DNA of 63,395 nucleotides, the filler included. It is 9 parts of 9 records of this genome, joined end to end, with 100 filler letters (N's around TTAATTAATTAA, not from the genome) between each part and the next. Parts side by side here need not be neighbours in the genome. Positions count along the whole stretch, not along the records: positions 49,047 to 58,227 come from SRR31147125_25921; positions 58,328 to 63,395 come from SRR31147125_25979; 7 more parts are not named here. One strand, given 5' to 3'. Below, in pieces: positions 55,044 to 63,395 of the stretch. The stretch's first letter is position 1; each line of letters opens with the position of its first letter. The notes under the pieces were generated by a model. That model saw only the letters and a program-made list of their open reading frames with translations. It did no database searches and was not told the DNA's origin. The position numbers were made by a program, and so were the translations under genes.

Positions 55044-56805
55044 CATAGGTCAAGTACTCTCTTGTTCTCCAGAAGCCATTATTGTCCTAATTGACGATTT
55101 GAAGGTTTTCGAGGAGTACAAAGCGGCCCTACAAGTGGGACGCTATCTGAGAATTGCCCAAGGAAACAACGATTTCACCGTTGCCGCTATCCGTAATGTC
55201 CGTGGAGTCATAGGACAAGATGATGAGGGCAAGCCAAAGTGGCAGTTTAACATCGAATGTCAAGCAATTGGTACCCTCGTTGGTGGTAGCACATTTGAAC
55301 GTTCAAGCGTTCTCCTGCCAGTGCCTACGGAGCCTGTATTTCCAGCAGAAGAAGATACATTAGAAAAGCTTTTTGCGAAAGATGCTGCCTACCAGTTTCC
55401 ACTCGGCCAATTGTCGATGAACAAAGCAACAGAAATGAAAATCCATGGAGATCGATTCTTCAGTAAGCACATCGCTATCGTAGGGTCCACAGGCTCTGGA
55501 AAGTCATGCACAGTCGCTCGGATTCTCCAAGACGTAGTGGGTATAGCCAATGAAAAGAATACAAATAAAGGGAATCAGAACAACTCTCATGTTGTAATCT
55601 TCGATATCCACGATGAATACACGGCAGCATTCACTCTTGAAAAGGAACAAATATTCACACTTAACCGCCTCGATATAGACAGCCTTCAGCTTCCTTACTG
55701 GCTTATGAATTCAGAAGAACTGGAAAGTATGTTCATCGAAAGTAACGAGCAGAACTCTCACAACCAAGTTAGCCAATTCAAACAAGCCGTAATTCTTAAT
55801 AAGGAGAGACACAATCCTAAAATTAAGGAGATGACATATGACACCCCGGTATACTTTTCGATTACAGAAGTGTATCGCTACATTGAAAATATGAATCGAG
55901 AGATGATAGGCCGGGCTCCGGGAGAGAACAAGCCCAAATTAGATGATGGAACACTGGTTGAGGATAGAAAAGACCACTATTTCGACGAGCAGTGTACATT
56001 CGTTCCTCAATCTAACGCTGCCGCCACAAAAGCTACAAACGGTCCATTTAATGGTGAATTCAACCGTTTCGTGTCGCGTTTGGAAACCAAATTGTCAGAT
56101 AAGCGCCTACGATTCTTGTTACACGCAGCCAAACCCGACGGGAAGATATTCAAGACAGAAGATTTCGAAGAAATAATGAAGCAGTTCATTGGGTATTTGA
56201 ACAAATCGAATGTCACAATTGTGGACCTCAGCGGAATTCCGTTTGAAGTACTGAGCATCACTGTTAGCCTTGTGTCCCGCTTAATATTCGATTTTTGTTT
56301 CCACTATTCGAAGTTGCGCCATGAAAAAAATGTCCTGAACGATGTTCCTGTTATGATTGTTTGCGAGGAAGCCCATAACTACATCCCGCAAAAAGACGCA
56401 GCTGCATATCGATCATCACGGAAATCGATAGAGCGGATCGCAAAAGAGGGTAGAAAATATGGTCTCAGCCTAATGGTCGTGAGTCAACGCCCGTCAGAAG
56501 TCTCTGAGACAATTTTTGCGCAGTGCAACAATTTTCTGGCGCTCAGGCTCACTAACAATGCTGATCAGAACTACGTGCGGAGGCTATTCCCAGACAATTC
56601 AAGCGGGATCACTGACATTCTTCCTAATCTGGCCCCCGGCGAATGTGTTGTTGTAGGTGATGCAGTTTTGCTCCCGGCAGTTGTTCAGATGCCCTTACCA
56701 AAACCGGAACCGCATTCAAGCAGCGTGCGTTTCTACAATGAATGGAAAGAGCCTTGGCGGGATATCACTTTTACCGAAGTATTAAACCGATGGCGAAAAG
56801 AATAG
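55030..56805 (+). CDS. herA: HerA/FtsK-family ATPase of the DUF4297-HerA defence system
   Basis: HAS-barrel-like N-terminus, KHIAIVGSTGSGKS, FDIHDEY, Walker B CEEAH, IAKEGRKYG, SQRPSE. Confidence 0.9.
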   Translation: MSTSSIGQVLSCSPEAIIVLIDDLKVFEEYKAALQVGRYLRIAQGNNDFTVAAIRNVRGVIGQDDEGKPKWQFNIECQAIGTLVGGSTFERSSVLLPVPTEPVFPAEEDTLEKLFAKDAAYQFPLGQLSMNKATEMKIHGDRFFSKHIAIVGSTGSGKSCTVARILQDVVGIANEKNTNKGNQNNSHVVIFDIHDEYTAAFTLEKEQIFTLNRLDIDSLQLPYWLMNSEELESMFIESNEQNSHNQVSQFKQAVILNKERHNPKIKEMTYDTPVYFSITEVYRYIENMNREMIGRAPGENKPKLDDGTLVEDRKDHYFDEQCTFVPQSNAAATKATNGPFNGEFNRFVSRLETKLSDKRLRFLLHAAKPDGKIFKTEDFEEIMKQFIGYLNKSNVTIVDLSGIPFEVLSITVSLVSRLIFDFCFHYSKLRHEKNVLNDVPVMIVCEEAHNYIPQKDAAAYRSSRKSIERIAKEGRKYGLSLMVVSQRPSEVSETIFAQCNNFLALRLTNNADQNYVRRLFPDNSSGITDILPNLAPGECVVVGDAVLLPAVVQMPLPKPEPHSSSVRFYNEWKEPWRDITFTEVLNRWRKE

Positions 56806-56827
56806 ATAACTCAAAAAGCCACATATC

Positions 56828-57448
56828 ATGGTCCCCGATAAAAACAACCCCAATATAATAAAGTTGATTCGAAGGCTACCACTGAAATCAAAACCTATGT
56901 ATGTACCAGTAATACCTGAGAAGTTCGCCAAACCAAATTTCTGTTTTCCTTCGGTAACCAAGAAGATACAAAGAGATGGAGGAAGTATTATTTATGGATG
57001 GCTATTACGACAGGGGAAATATATTATAGAGGCTGAATTCCATGCAGTTTGGAAATCTAATGAAGATAATTTAATCGACATCATGCCACATGAAAATGCA
57101 CCTGAACAAATTTTATTTATACCTGACAATTCAAAAAAATATGATGGTTTGCAAGTGGATAACATTCGATTAAACATCTCAAATAATTCCCTAACGGACG
57201 ATTTTATTAACATTTGTGAGGCTCTCTATCGAATAACAAATCAAGGACATCTTGCCTATGAGACGGGTGAGATAAAATTAACAGATGATTCAGCAAGCAA
57301 TTATCATTTTTTGGCAAATGCAAAAATCGGGGTACTTGGAATGCTGGATCACGGATGTTCAGAAAATAGCCCCTGCTTTTGTGGAACTGTTTTAATGTAC
57401 AAACATTGTCACCGTACATTTATTAAAAATTTAATATCTCTATTATAA
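56828..57448 (+). CDS. SEC-C motif protein with possible Cys-His-Asp catalytic domain
   Basis: NFCFPSV...GW...AEFHAVW...LIDIMP; C-terminal NSPCFCGTVLMYKHCH. Confidence 0.65.
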   Translation: MVPDKNNPNIIKLIRRLPLKSKPMYVPVIPEKFAKPNFCFPSVTKKIQRDGGSIIYGWLLRQGKYIIEAEFHAVWKSNEDNLIDIMPHENAPEQILFIPDNSKKYDGLQVDNIRLNISNNSLTDDFINICEALYRITNQGHLAYETGEIKLTDDSASNYHFLANAKIGVLGMLDHGCSENSPCFCGTVLMYKHCHRTFIKNLISLL

Positions 57449-57497
57449 CCGGTGTCGCTTCGGACCGCCGGGCTTCAACGGTCTGGTGAGGCTAGGC
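57443..57497 (+). mobile_element. Degenerate attC-like site E
   Basis: TTATAAC (contains the stop) ...TCGC/GTGA and GGACCG/CGGTCT arms... GCTAGGC (GTTAGGC variant); ATG at 57505. Confidence 0.5.
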
Positions 57498-57504
57498 AGA
57501 GAGT

Positions 57505-58128
57505 ATGATTGTTACCATGCAAGGATATGTTTATTTTTTGATTAACAAAGCAATGCCTGGTCTACTTAAAATAGGCCACACCACAATATCTGTAAGTGAA
57601 AGATTGGCTCAGCTAAATTCAACAGGAGTCCCTATCCCATTTGAAATTGGGGCTTGCTTTTTTGTCCATGAACCACAAGAATGTGAATCAAAAATTCATA
57701 AGTGCCTTAATTCGTATAGAGTTTCTAAAAATCGTGAATTTTTTAATGTGGCACTTAATGAAGCGTTAAAAGAATCCAGCTTCTTAATATCTAAATATCT
57801 CTTTAAATCGTATGATTCTGGCAGGACTGCTCATATTGAAAGAAATCTTGATCTTTCCGATATTGAAATATCAATTTTAAAACATCTTGCCGACGACTAC
57901 CACAGAAAATATGGCTTTTTAACTTGGCAAATTCAAGACGATTTTAGAGAGGCAGATGCTCTTGATATTGAATATTATCTTGCTTGCCTTAAAGGGCATG
58001 GCTTTATTGAAGAGAAAACTAAAAAAGGTCACCATGATAAAAACTGGAAAATAAACAGCAATGGTATCAAGTATCTATATGACTCAGGTGTTTTTATCAC
58101 AAAACCAAAACCTGAGGAATTCCGTTGA
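57505..58128 (+). CDS. GIY-YIG (T5orf172-type) nuclease with C-terminal winged-helix-like domain
   Basis: GYVYFLIN...LLKIGHT...ERLAQL...TGVPIPF...NREFF; LKGHGFIE...WKINSNG. Confidence 0.85.
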   Translation: MIVTMQGYVYFLINKAMPGLLKIGHTTISVSERLAQLNSTGVPIPFEIGACFFVHEPQECESKIHKCLNSYRVSKNREFFNVALNEALKESSFLISKYLFKSYDSGRTAHIERNLDLSDIEISILKHLADDYHRKYGFLTWQIQDDFREADALDIEYYLACLKGHGFIEEKTKKGHHDKNWKINSNGIKYLYDSGVFITKPKPEEFR

Positions 58129-58140
58129 CATGTTACTTAA

Positions 58141-58188
58141 TTCCAACAAGTGAAATGCTCGCGCCGAGCTAAATCTAGATCGATGGGA
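58141..58188 (+). mobile_element. Degenerate attC-like site F
   Basis: TTCCAAC...GCTCG-CGC-CGAGC...GATGGGA (near complement of TTCCAAC). Confidence 0.4.
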
Positions 58189-58227
58189 TAAGGCATAGGG
58201 CCTTAGAAATTCGATATTGTTACCCAG

Positions 58228-58327
58228 NNNNNNNNNNNNNNNNNNNNNNNNNNNNNNNNNNNNNNNNNNNNTTAATTAATTAANNNNNNNNNNNNNNNNN
58301 NNNNNNNNNNNNNNNNNNNNNNNNNNN
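58228..58327. other. Artificial contig linker
   Basis: N44-TTAATTAATTAA-N44. Confidence 0.98.
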
Positions 58328-58636
58328 ATCCAATGAGGGTGAGGTTTTTCATATAAAGATACCCAAGTAAACTCCGTCACCCATACCACTGCAGTAGAAT
58401 CATGAATATTTGATGGTACACTGTTTATTCTCCCAATAAATCTTAGCCATTGATTTATTGGTATAGAAATGATTATCCGTATCACTATACTTAACATTTT
58501 GCATAAAAACAAACTGATAACAAAGAGATAACCACTTTTAGAATACCTTCAGATCAAGATATGAGATTTTTATCATTACCGCACCCTCTTTTTCCTTTTT
58601 TTTTAAATATTCTTTTATTATGCTCTATCTTCACAT

Positions 58637-59188
58637 GTGGTGAACAACATGCCCAAGAAAAAAGTACCCGGGTGCGGTGAAAAAGATCCCATCAAATTGG
58701 GGTTCATTGCCGGAACCTCTGGAAAGGTGGTCGACCTGGGCATTTCCGGTCACCACTTTGGACAACGCAAAAAGAAATGCAGCCTATCACGTCAAGACCA
58801 AAGATATGCAAAGAATTGTGGCTGTATACGACGGCGCTACGGAACGGCTGATGGAACTTGGAGGCAAGGCCGTTGAAGGGGCAACAACGACCCAGCTGTT
58901 TGACAGAAACAATCCCGAAGAATCATACCAAGCTTTCAGAAAAAAATATCTTGAACGATTTAAACGGGAGCCCGGCTTTGCCGGTGCGTTTGCATGTGAT
59001 GCCACCCAAGTGGTGTTGACGGCGCTTCAACAGCAAAAAAAAATAAAACACTCAAAGAGACCATCTTGTTCATCCCTAAATTTCAGGGGTTGCAAAAGGA
59101 CTTCAGCTTTGATGAGTTTGGCGATGTGGATCGATCGAATCTCTCCATTGCCATGGTACAGAACCGAAAATTTGTTGTTCTGGAATGA
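58637..59188 (+). pseudogene. Internally deleted LivJ-type ABC substrate-binding protein
   Basis: N-terminal GCGEKDPIKLGFIAGTSG is joined almost directly to C-terminal LGGKAVEGA...YLERFKREPGFAGAFACDA...FQGLQKDFSFDEFGDV; several frame changes. Confidence 0.6.
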
Positions 59189-59192
59189 ATCC

Positions 59193-61793
59193 ATGAATAA
59201 AAAAATATCGCTGAATCGCTATTTATCTTTGAAACTTACCTTTGTCGCCATTCTTCCCATCTTTGTCATTGCTGCGTTGTCTTTTCAGTTTCTCGTGCCT
59301 CAATCCAAAAGGCAAATTGCCATCCAGCATGAAAGTATGGCACGCGCCGTTGCCGGTCAGATATCGGCACACCTTAAAGCCGGAGAACGAAAATTAATAT
59401 CATTGTCCAATTTTCTTGAGTCGCAACCGACATGGGACGATTCTAATGTAACCCCACTTTTAACCGCTAACTGCGGCGCCGGAGATTTGTTTGAGACCAT
59501 TTACATCGCCTCGACACAAGAAAATAATATCCGATTTGTAGGACTAGCAAAAAAGGAAACCGAAATCAACAGGTTAAGCCGGGACGACCTATTGGGACTC
59601 GATCTATCCGGCAGCGACTTTATGTTCTTGACGAATACAATAAAAACACCGACATGGTCTGAAACCTTCCTGTCAACGGCAAGCAGCAGTTTAGCTGTCG
59701 CCTTGACGGTACCGGTTCAAAAAGATGTCATTATCGGAGAGATCACCTTGGACAGACTCTCCGAACTCATCAGTCATCTCCCTGTGGAAGCCAATATTAT
59801 TATCTTTGTTTTGGATAGACATGGGCGTATCATTGCAGACTCCGAGCAAGCGCGATGGGGGCGTCAAGTGAATTTGAAGGGACTTCAGAAGCAAAAATCA
59901 ATTTCAAACCAATCTATTTTCTCAACCACTTTCTCGTTGTACGGCAAACAGATGTTGGGCACCAATGTCACGCTTGATCACCTGGGATGGAACGTGTTGA
60001 TTGCTCAGCCGATAAAGACGGCCTACAGCCCACTCATCATCATAATCACTACATTGGTATCGGGTTTGGGATTCGCTTTACTTCTATCATTGATTGTCTC
60101 CTGGCTCCAGGCCGGCAAGTTAACAAACAAGTTTTTATATTATACAAAAGTTGCAAATCAGGTGGCACAGGAAAAGTATGAATTAAAACTTATTCAGGCT
60201 GATATTTCTGAGTTTGATGAGCTGGGAAGACACCTTCAGAGAATGGCCACCTTAATCGGCCGAAGGGAAAAGAAGCTTCGTTTGACTCAAGCGTCCTTTG
60301 ATCACGCTTCAATCAGTATTCTTCAAATGGATGAAAATGGCAAAATATTGAATGCCAATCAATGTGCTTGCAATAGCCTGGGATACACTTTAAACGAACT
60401 CATCGATATGACGATAATGTATATCAATCCGTCTCTTACCATGGAGCAGCATATAAAAAATCACGCAAAACTGGAAAAAGAATCTCAACTCATTTTTGAA
60501 GCCACTCACCAGCGTAAGGACGGATCTGTATTCCCTGCAGAAGTCATGCTCAATCTCCATGAATTTGAGGGTGAAAAAGTAGCGATTGCTTTTCTAAAAG
60601 ATTTAACGGCACTAAAAGAGGCTGAAAGGGAAAAAGAGACAACAGAGAAACAACTGTTACAGTCCCAGAAGCTTGAAGCCATCGGCACCCTTGCCGGGGG
60701 GATTGCCCACGACTTCAACAACATCCTCACCTCGATCATCGGGTTTACTCAAATCACCATGAGCACCCTTTCTCCGGAGAATGACAAATCGCAAAAAAAC
60801 CTTAATAAAGTGCTTCAGGCCGGACTCCGGGCAAGAGATCTGGTGGCTCACATCCTCACTTTCAGCAGACAGGATGAGGAGAAATTTAAATCGCTACAGA
60901 TCACCTCCATCGTTAAAGAAGTGATTAAACTGCTTCGCGCGTCCATCCCTGCAAACATAGAAATCAAATTTCAAAATTCTGCCGGATACTGCTCCGTTTA
61001 TGCCGATCCGGTTCAAATTCACCAAATTCTCATGAACCTTTGCACCAACGCTTACCATGCCATTGGAACGCAGCAAGGTTTGATCAACATTTCTCTGGAG
61101 GAAACGGAGATCGGCCCCAATGATTTTTCCGAAGTATCTGAAATTAAAGCCGGTAAACACTTGAAACTGGGCGTCAGCGATACCGGTCATGGAATAGATA
61201 ACGACACCCTCAACAGAATTTTCGACCCCTATTTTACCACAAAAAGGAAGGGTGAAGGCACCGGTCTGGGATTATCTGTGGTGCATGGCATCGTCAAAAA
61301 GCATCATGGGCATATCACAGCCTATAGCGAACCTGGACAGGGCACTTCCTTTTACATTTACATTCCCTGTACGGAAGATAAGGCATCCGCCGTTCAAAAA
61401 ACCGTTAAACAAGAAGTCCCCACCGGATCCGAGCATGTCTTGGTTGTGGATGATGAATTAATTATCACTGAAATGCTGGAAGGGATTTTGGATCATCTCG
61501 GCTATCGGGTGACTGCGTTCAATGACTCAGAAGCGGCAATTGACTTTTTTGAATCCACCCCCAACGCCTGCGATCTAATTATTACGGATATGAGCATGCC
61601 GATTATGAATGGAGAGGAATTTTCCCGTCGAATCCGGAAAACAGATACACACACTCCAATCATCATCCTGACCGGATTCAGTGAAAAACTCAATCATGAA
61701 GTACTTGGGTCTATCGGTGTAAAAGATGTTTTAAAAAAACCGGTACTTGAACTTGAGCTGGCCCAAAGCATCAGAAAGGTCATCGATCAATAA
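59193..61793 (+). CDS. Hybrid sensor histidine kinase (TM-Cache-TM-HAMP-PAS-HisKA-HATPase-REC)
   Basis: Start MNKKISL then TM; HQRKDGSVFP (PAC), GTLAGGIAHDFNNIL, QILMNLCTNA, PYFTTK..GEGTGLGL, VLVVDDE...ITDMSMP. Confidence 0.93.
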   Translation: MNKKISLNRYLSLKLTFVAILPIFVIAALSFQFLVPQSKRQIAIQHESMARAVAGQISAHLKAGERKLISLSNFLESQPTWDDSNVTPLLTANCGAGDLFETIYIASTQENNIRFVGLAKKETEINRLSRDDLLGLDLSGSDFMFLTNTIKTPTWSETFLSTASSSLAVALTVPVQKDVIIGEITLDRLSELISHLPVEANIIIFVLDRHGRIIADSEQARWGRQVNLKGLQKQKSISNQSIFSTTFSLYGKQMLGTNVTLDHLGWNVLIAQPIKTAYSPLIIIITTLVSGLGFALLLSLIVSWLQAGKLTNKFLYYTKVANQVAQEKYELKLIQADISEFDELGRHLQRMATLIGRREKKLRLTQASFDHASISILQMDENGKILNANQCACNSLGYTLNELIDMTIMYINPSLTMEQHIKNHAKLEKESQLIFEATHQRKDGSVFPAEVMLNLHEFEGEKVAIAFLKDLTALKEAEREKETTEKQLLQSQKLEAIGTLAGGIAHDFNNILTSIIGFTQITMSTLSPENDKSQKNLNKVLQAGLRARDLVAHILTFSRQDEEKFKSLQITSIVKEVIKLLRASIPANIEIKFQNSAGYCSVYADPVQIHQILMNLCTNAYHAIGTQQGLINISLEETEIGPNDFSEVSEIKAGKHLKLGVSDTGHGIDNDTLNRIFDPYFTTKRKGEGTGLGLSVVHGIVKKHHGHITAYSEPGQGTSFYIYIPCTEDKASAVQKTVKQEVPTGSEHVLVVDDELIITEMLEGILDHLGYRVTAFNDSEAAIDFFESTPNACDLIITDMSMPIMNGEEFSRRIRKTDTHTPIIILTGFSEKLNHEVLGSIGVKDVLKKPVLELELAQSIRKVIDQ

Positions 61794-61932
61794 GACCAAT
61801 GATGCGCGTCAATTCTTGTCTAAAAAACCGGCGTTTAATAATTAGGTTCATCGCTTACGGGCCGTCCGCTTTAGATCATTGGAGATAAGGGCCGGTGGCG
61901 ATTGAACCGAAACCGGAGAAATAATCAAAAGA

Positions 61933-63333
61933 ATGGCTCACTTTCTAATTCTGGATGACGATCCCGATATTTGTCTGCTTTTGGAAATGCTCTCTACCAA
62001 CATGGGACATACCTCTCTATCCTTCCATAATCTGGAAGAAGGGCTTCAATCCGCCCGGAAAAATTCATATGATCTGATTCTTCTGGACCTCGATTTCCCG
62101 GAAGGTAACGGGCTTGACATACTCCCGACGCTTATCAATCAGCCTTATGGCCCTGAGGTCCTCATCATCACCGGAACCGGCGATAGCAAGGGGGCTGAAA
62201 TTGCGTTCCAGTATGGGGCATGGGATTATGTGCAAAAGCCTTTCCTGACCGAAGAGATGACCCTGGCAATCTCACGTGCCTTGCAATACCATGAGGGAAA
62301 AGCCCGGACAAATCCCCCAAGGATTCTTAACCGGAAAAATATTGTCGGAGATTCTCCCGCGATTCTCAAATGTTTGGATGAAGTGGCAAAAGCATCCGTA
62401 ACCGACAGCAGCGTTCTGATCTGGGGGGAAACCGGCAGTGGAAAAGAGCTGTTTGCCCATGCTATCCATAAAAACAGCAGAAGAGCCCATAACAAATTTG
62501 TGGTCATCGATTGCGGCGCATTACCTGAAACGTTGGTGGAAAGTCTGTTGTTCGGCCACGGAAAAGGGGCATTTACCGGAGCGACCCGATCAAAACAAGG
62601 ACTTATACCCCAGGCTGATGGAGGCACCCTGTTTTTGGATGAAATCGGGGAACTTCCGCCGACTATCCAGAAAACGCTGCTCAGAACCTTACAGGAACGT
62701 CAGGTCCGTCCGGTGGGTGAAAAAAGGAAGTGTCCGTAGATTTCAGGCTTGTGGCGGCAACCAACCGAAATTTAGATGATATGGCGGAAAAGCAAATATT
62801 TCGCTCGGATCTGCTCTTCAGAATCCGGGGAATCGATATCAAGCTGCCGCCGTTAAGGGAGCGTATTGAAGATATTCAGGGCATTGCCTTTCATAAAATT
62901 AAACAACTATGTAAACTGTACGGTCTTGAAGCCAAAAGTATCTCTTCCGAATTCATTGAGCTTCTCGAAGAATACGACTGGCCGGGGAACGTCCGGGAGT
63001 TGATCAATGTACTTGAACACTCACTGGCCAATGCAGGACCCGATCCCCTATTAGTCCCCAAGCATCTCCCCCAAGTACAGGGCCTCCCTGCTGAAGTGGA
63101 TGCCTGAAGAGCAAAGGCATTTGGATATCCCCTCCCCTCTTGAAAACGGCTTGTTTGTCGGCAATGAGTTCAAGAAGTGGAACGATTTCAAACTTCATGC
63201 GGAAAAGATGTATTTAGAGACCCTTGTTCGAAAATCCCAGGGAAGATGGGAAAATGCCCGTCAGTTGTCGGGATTGTCCAAAACGAGATTATATGAGCTG
63301 TTAAAGAAACATTCCCTTTCATTTCACAAATAG
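61933..63333 (+). CDS. NtrC-family sigma54 response regulator, frameshifts near 62725 and 63070
   Basis: [72 protein letters not shown]. Confidence 0.9.
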
Positions 63334-63395
63334 TAACTTTCTCTATCCCGATTTCAGATAAATTACGATTAGGGAATCCATCACAAATAATCTAC

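Noticed and set aside
49047-58227. Complete integron (intI + attI)
   Set aside because: No tyrosine recombinase gene or attI is seen; only degenerate attC-like sites.
5542-58327. Eight recurring TTAATTAATTAA motifs as a biological repeat or CRISPR-like array
   Set aside because: Each is centred in exactly 44+44 Ns; these are assembly linkers. Gene neighbourhoods across them are meaningless.
58328-58512. 78-aa minus-strand ORF, or an MKNLTLIG start (58352) resembling a shikimate-kinase N-terminus
   Set aside because: Only eight codons precede the linker, and the longer ORF runs into Ns and looks non-coding; insufficient support.
58677-61793. 1038-aa kinase with a novel N-terminal domain
   Set aside because: The first ~170 aa come from a broken binding-protein gene read through a frameshift; the kinase most likely starts at 59193.

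Overview
The window is not one locus. It is nine unrelated contig or read fragments joined by eight artificial 100-nt linkers (N44-TTAATTAATTAA-N44), with many single-base frameshifts that mostly sit in homopolymers and are probably sequencing errors. Fragments: (1) 1-5541, Bacteroidota pectin/RG-II glycosidases (GH138-like, GH2, beta-propeller). (2) 5642-13477, Desulfuromonadales-like ABC transporter plus a stand-alone, very acidic fliD-flgD-flgE-flgN-flgK-flgL module. (3) 13578-21036, Desulfobacterota sigma54 operon with a non-canonical SHMT, an M20 amidohydrolase, a DUF3100 transporter pair and its activator. (4) 21137-26950, Clostridia-like GH94, YgiQ, tig, clpP. (5) 27051-36300, Bacteroidota ECF/FecR-SusCD-sulfatase PUL. 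(6) 36401-43695, PqqD/RRE + HprK-like kinase + nucleotidyltransferase triad with no visible precursor. (7) 43796-48946, TPR-sulfotransferase, three tail-collar proteins, GNAT and a second sulfotransferase. (8) 49047-58227, a co-oriented AT-rich gene array with degenerate attC-like hairpins between the genes. It carries DUF4297-HerA plus HEPN-like, Zn-binding and GIY-YIG orphans, and reads as a decayed integron cassette array with candidate new anti-phage genes. (9) 58328-63395, hybrid histidine kinase and NtrC-family regulator. Taxon labels are inferred from sequence style only.
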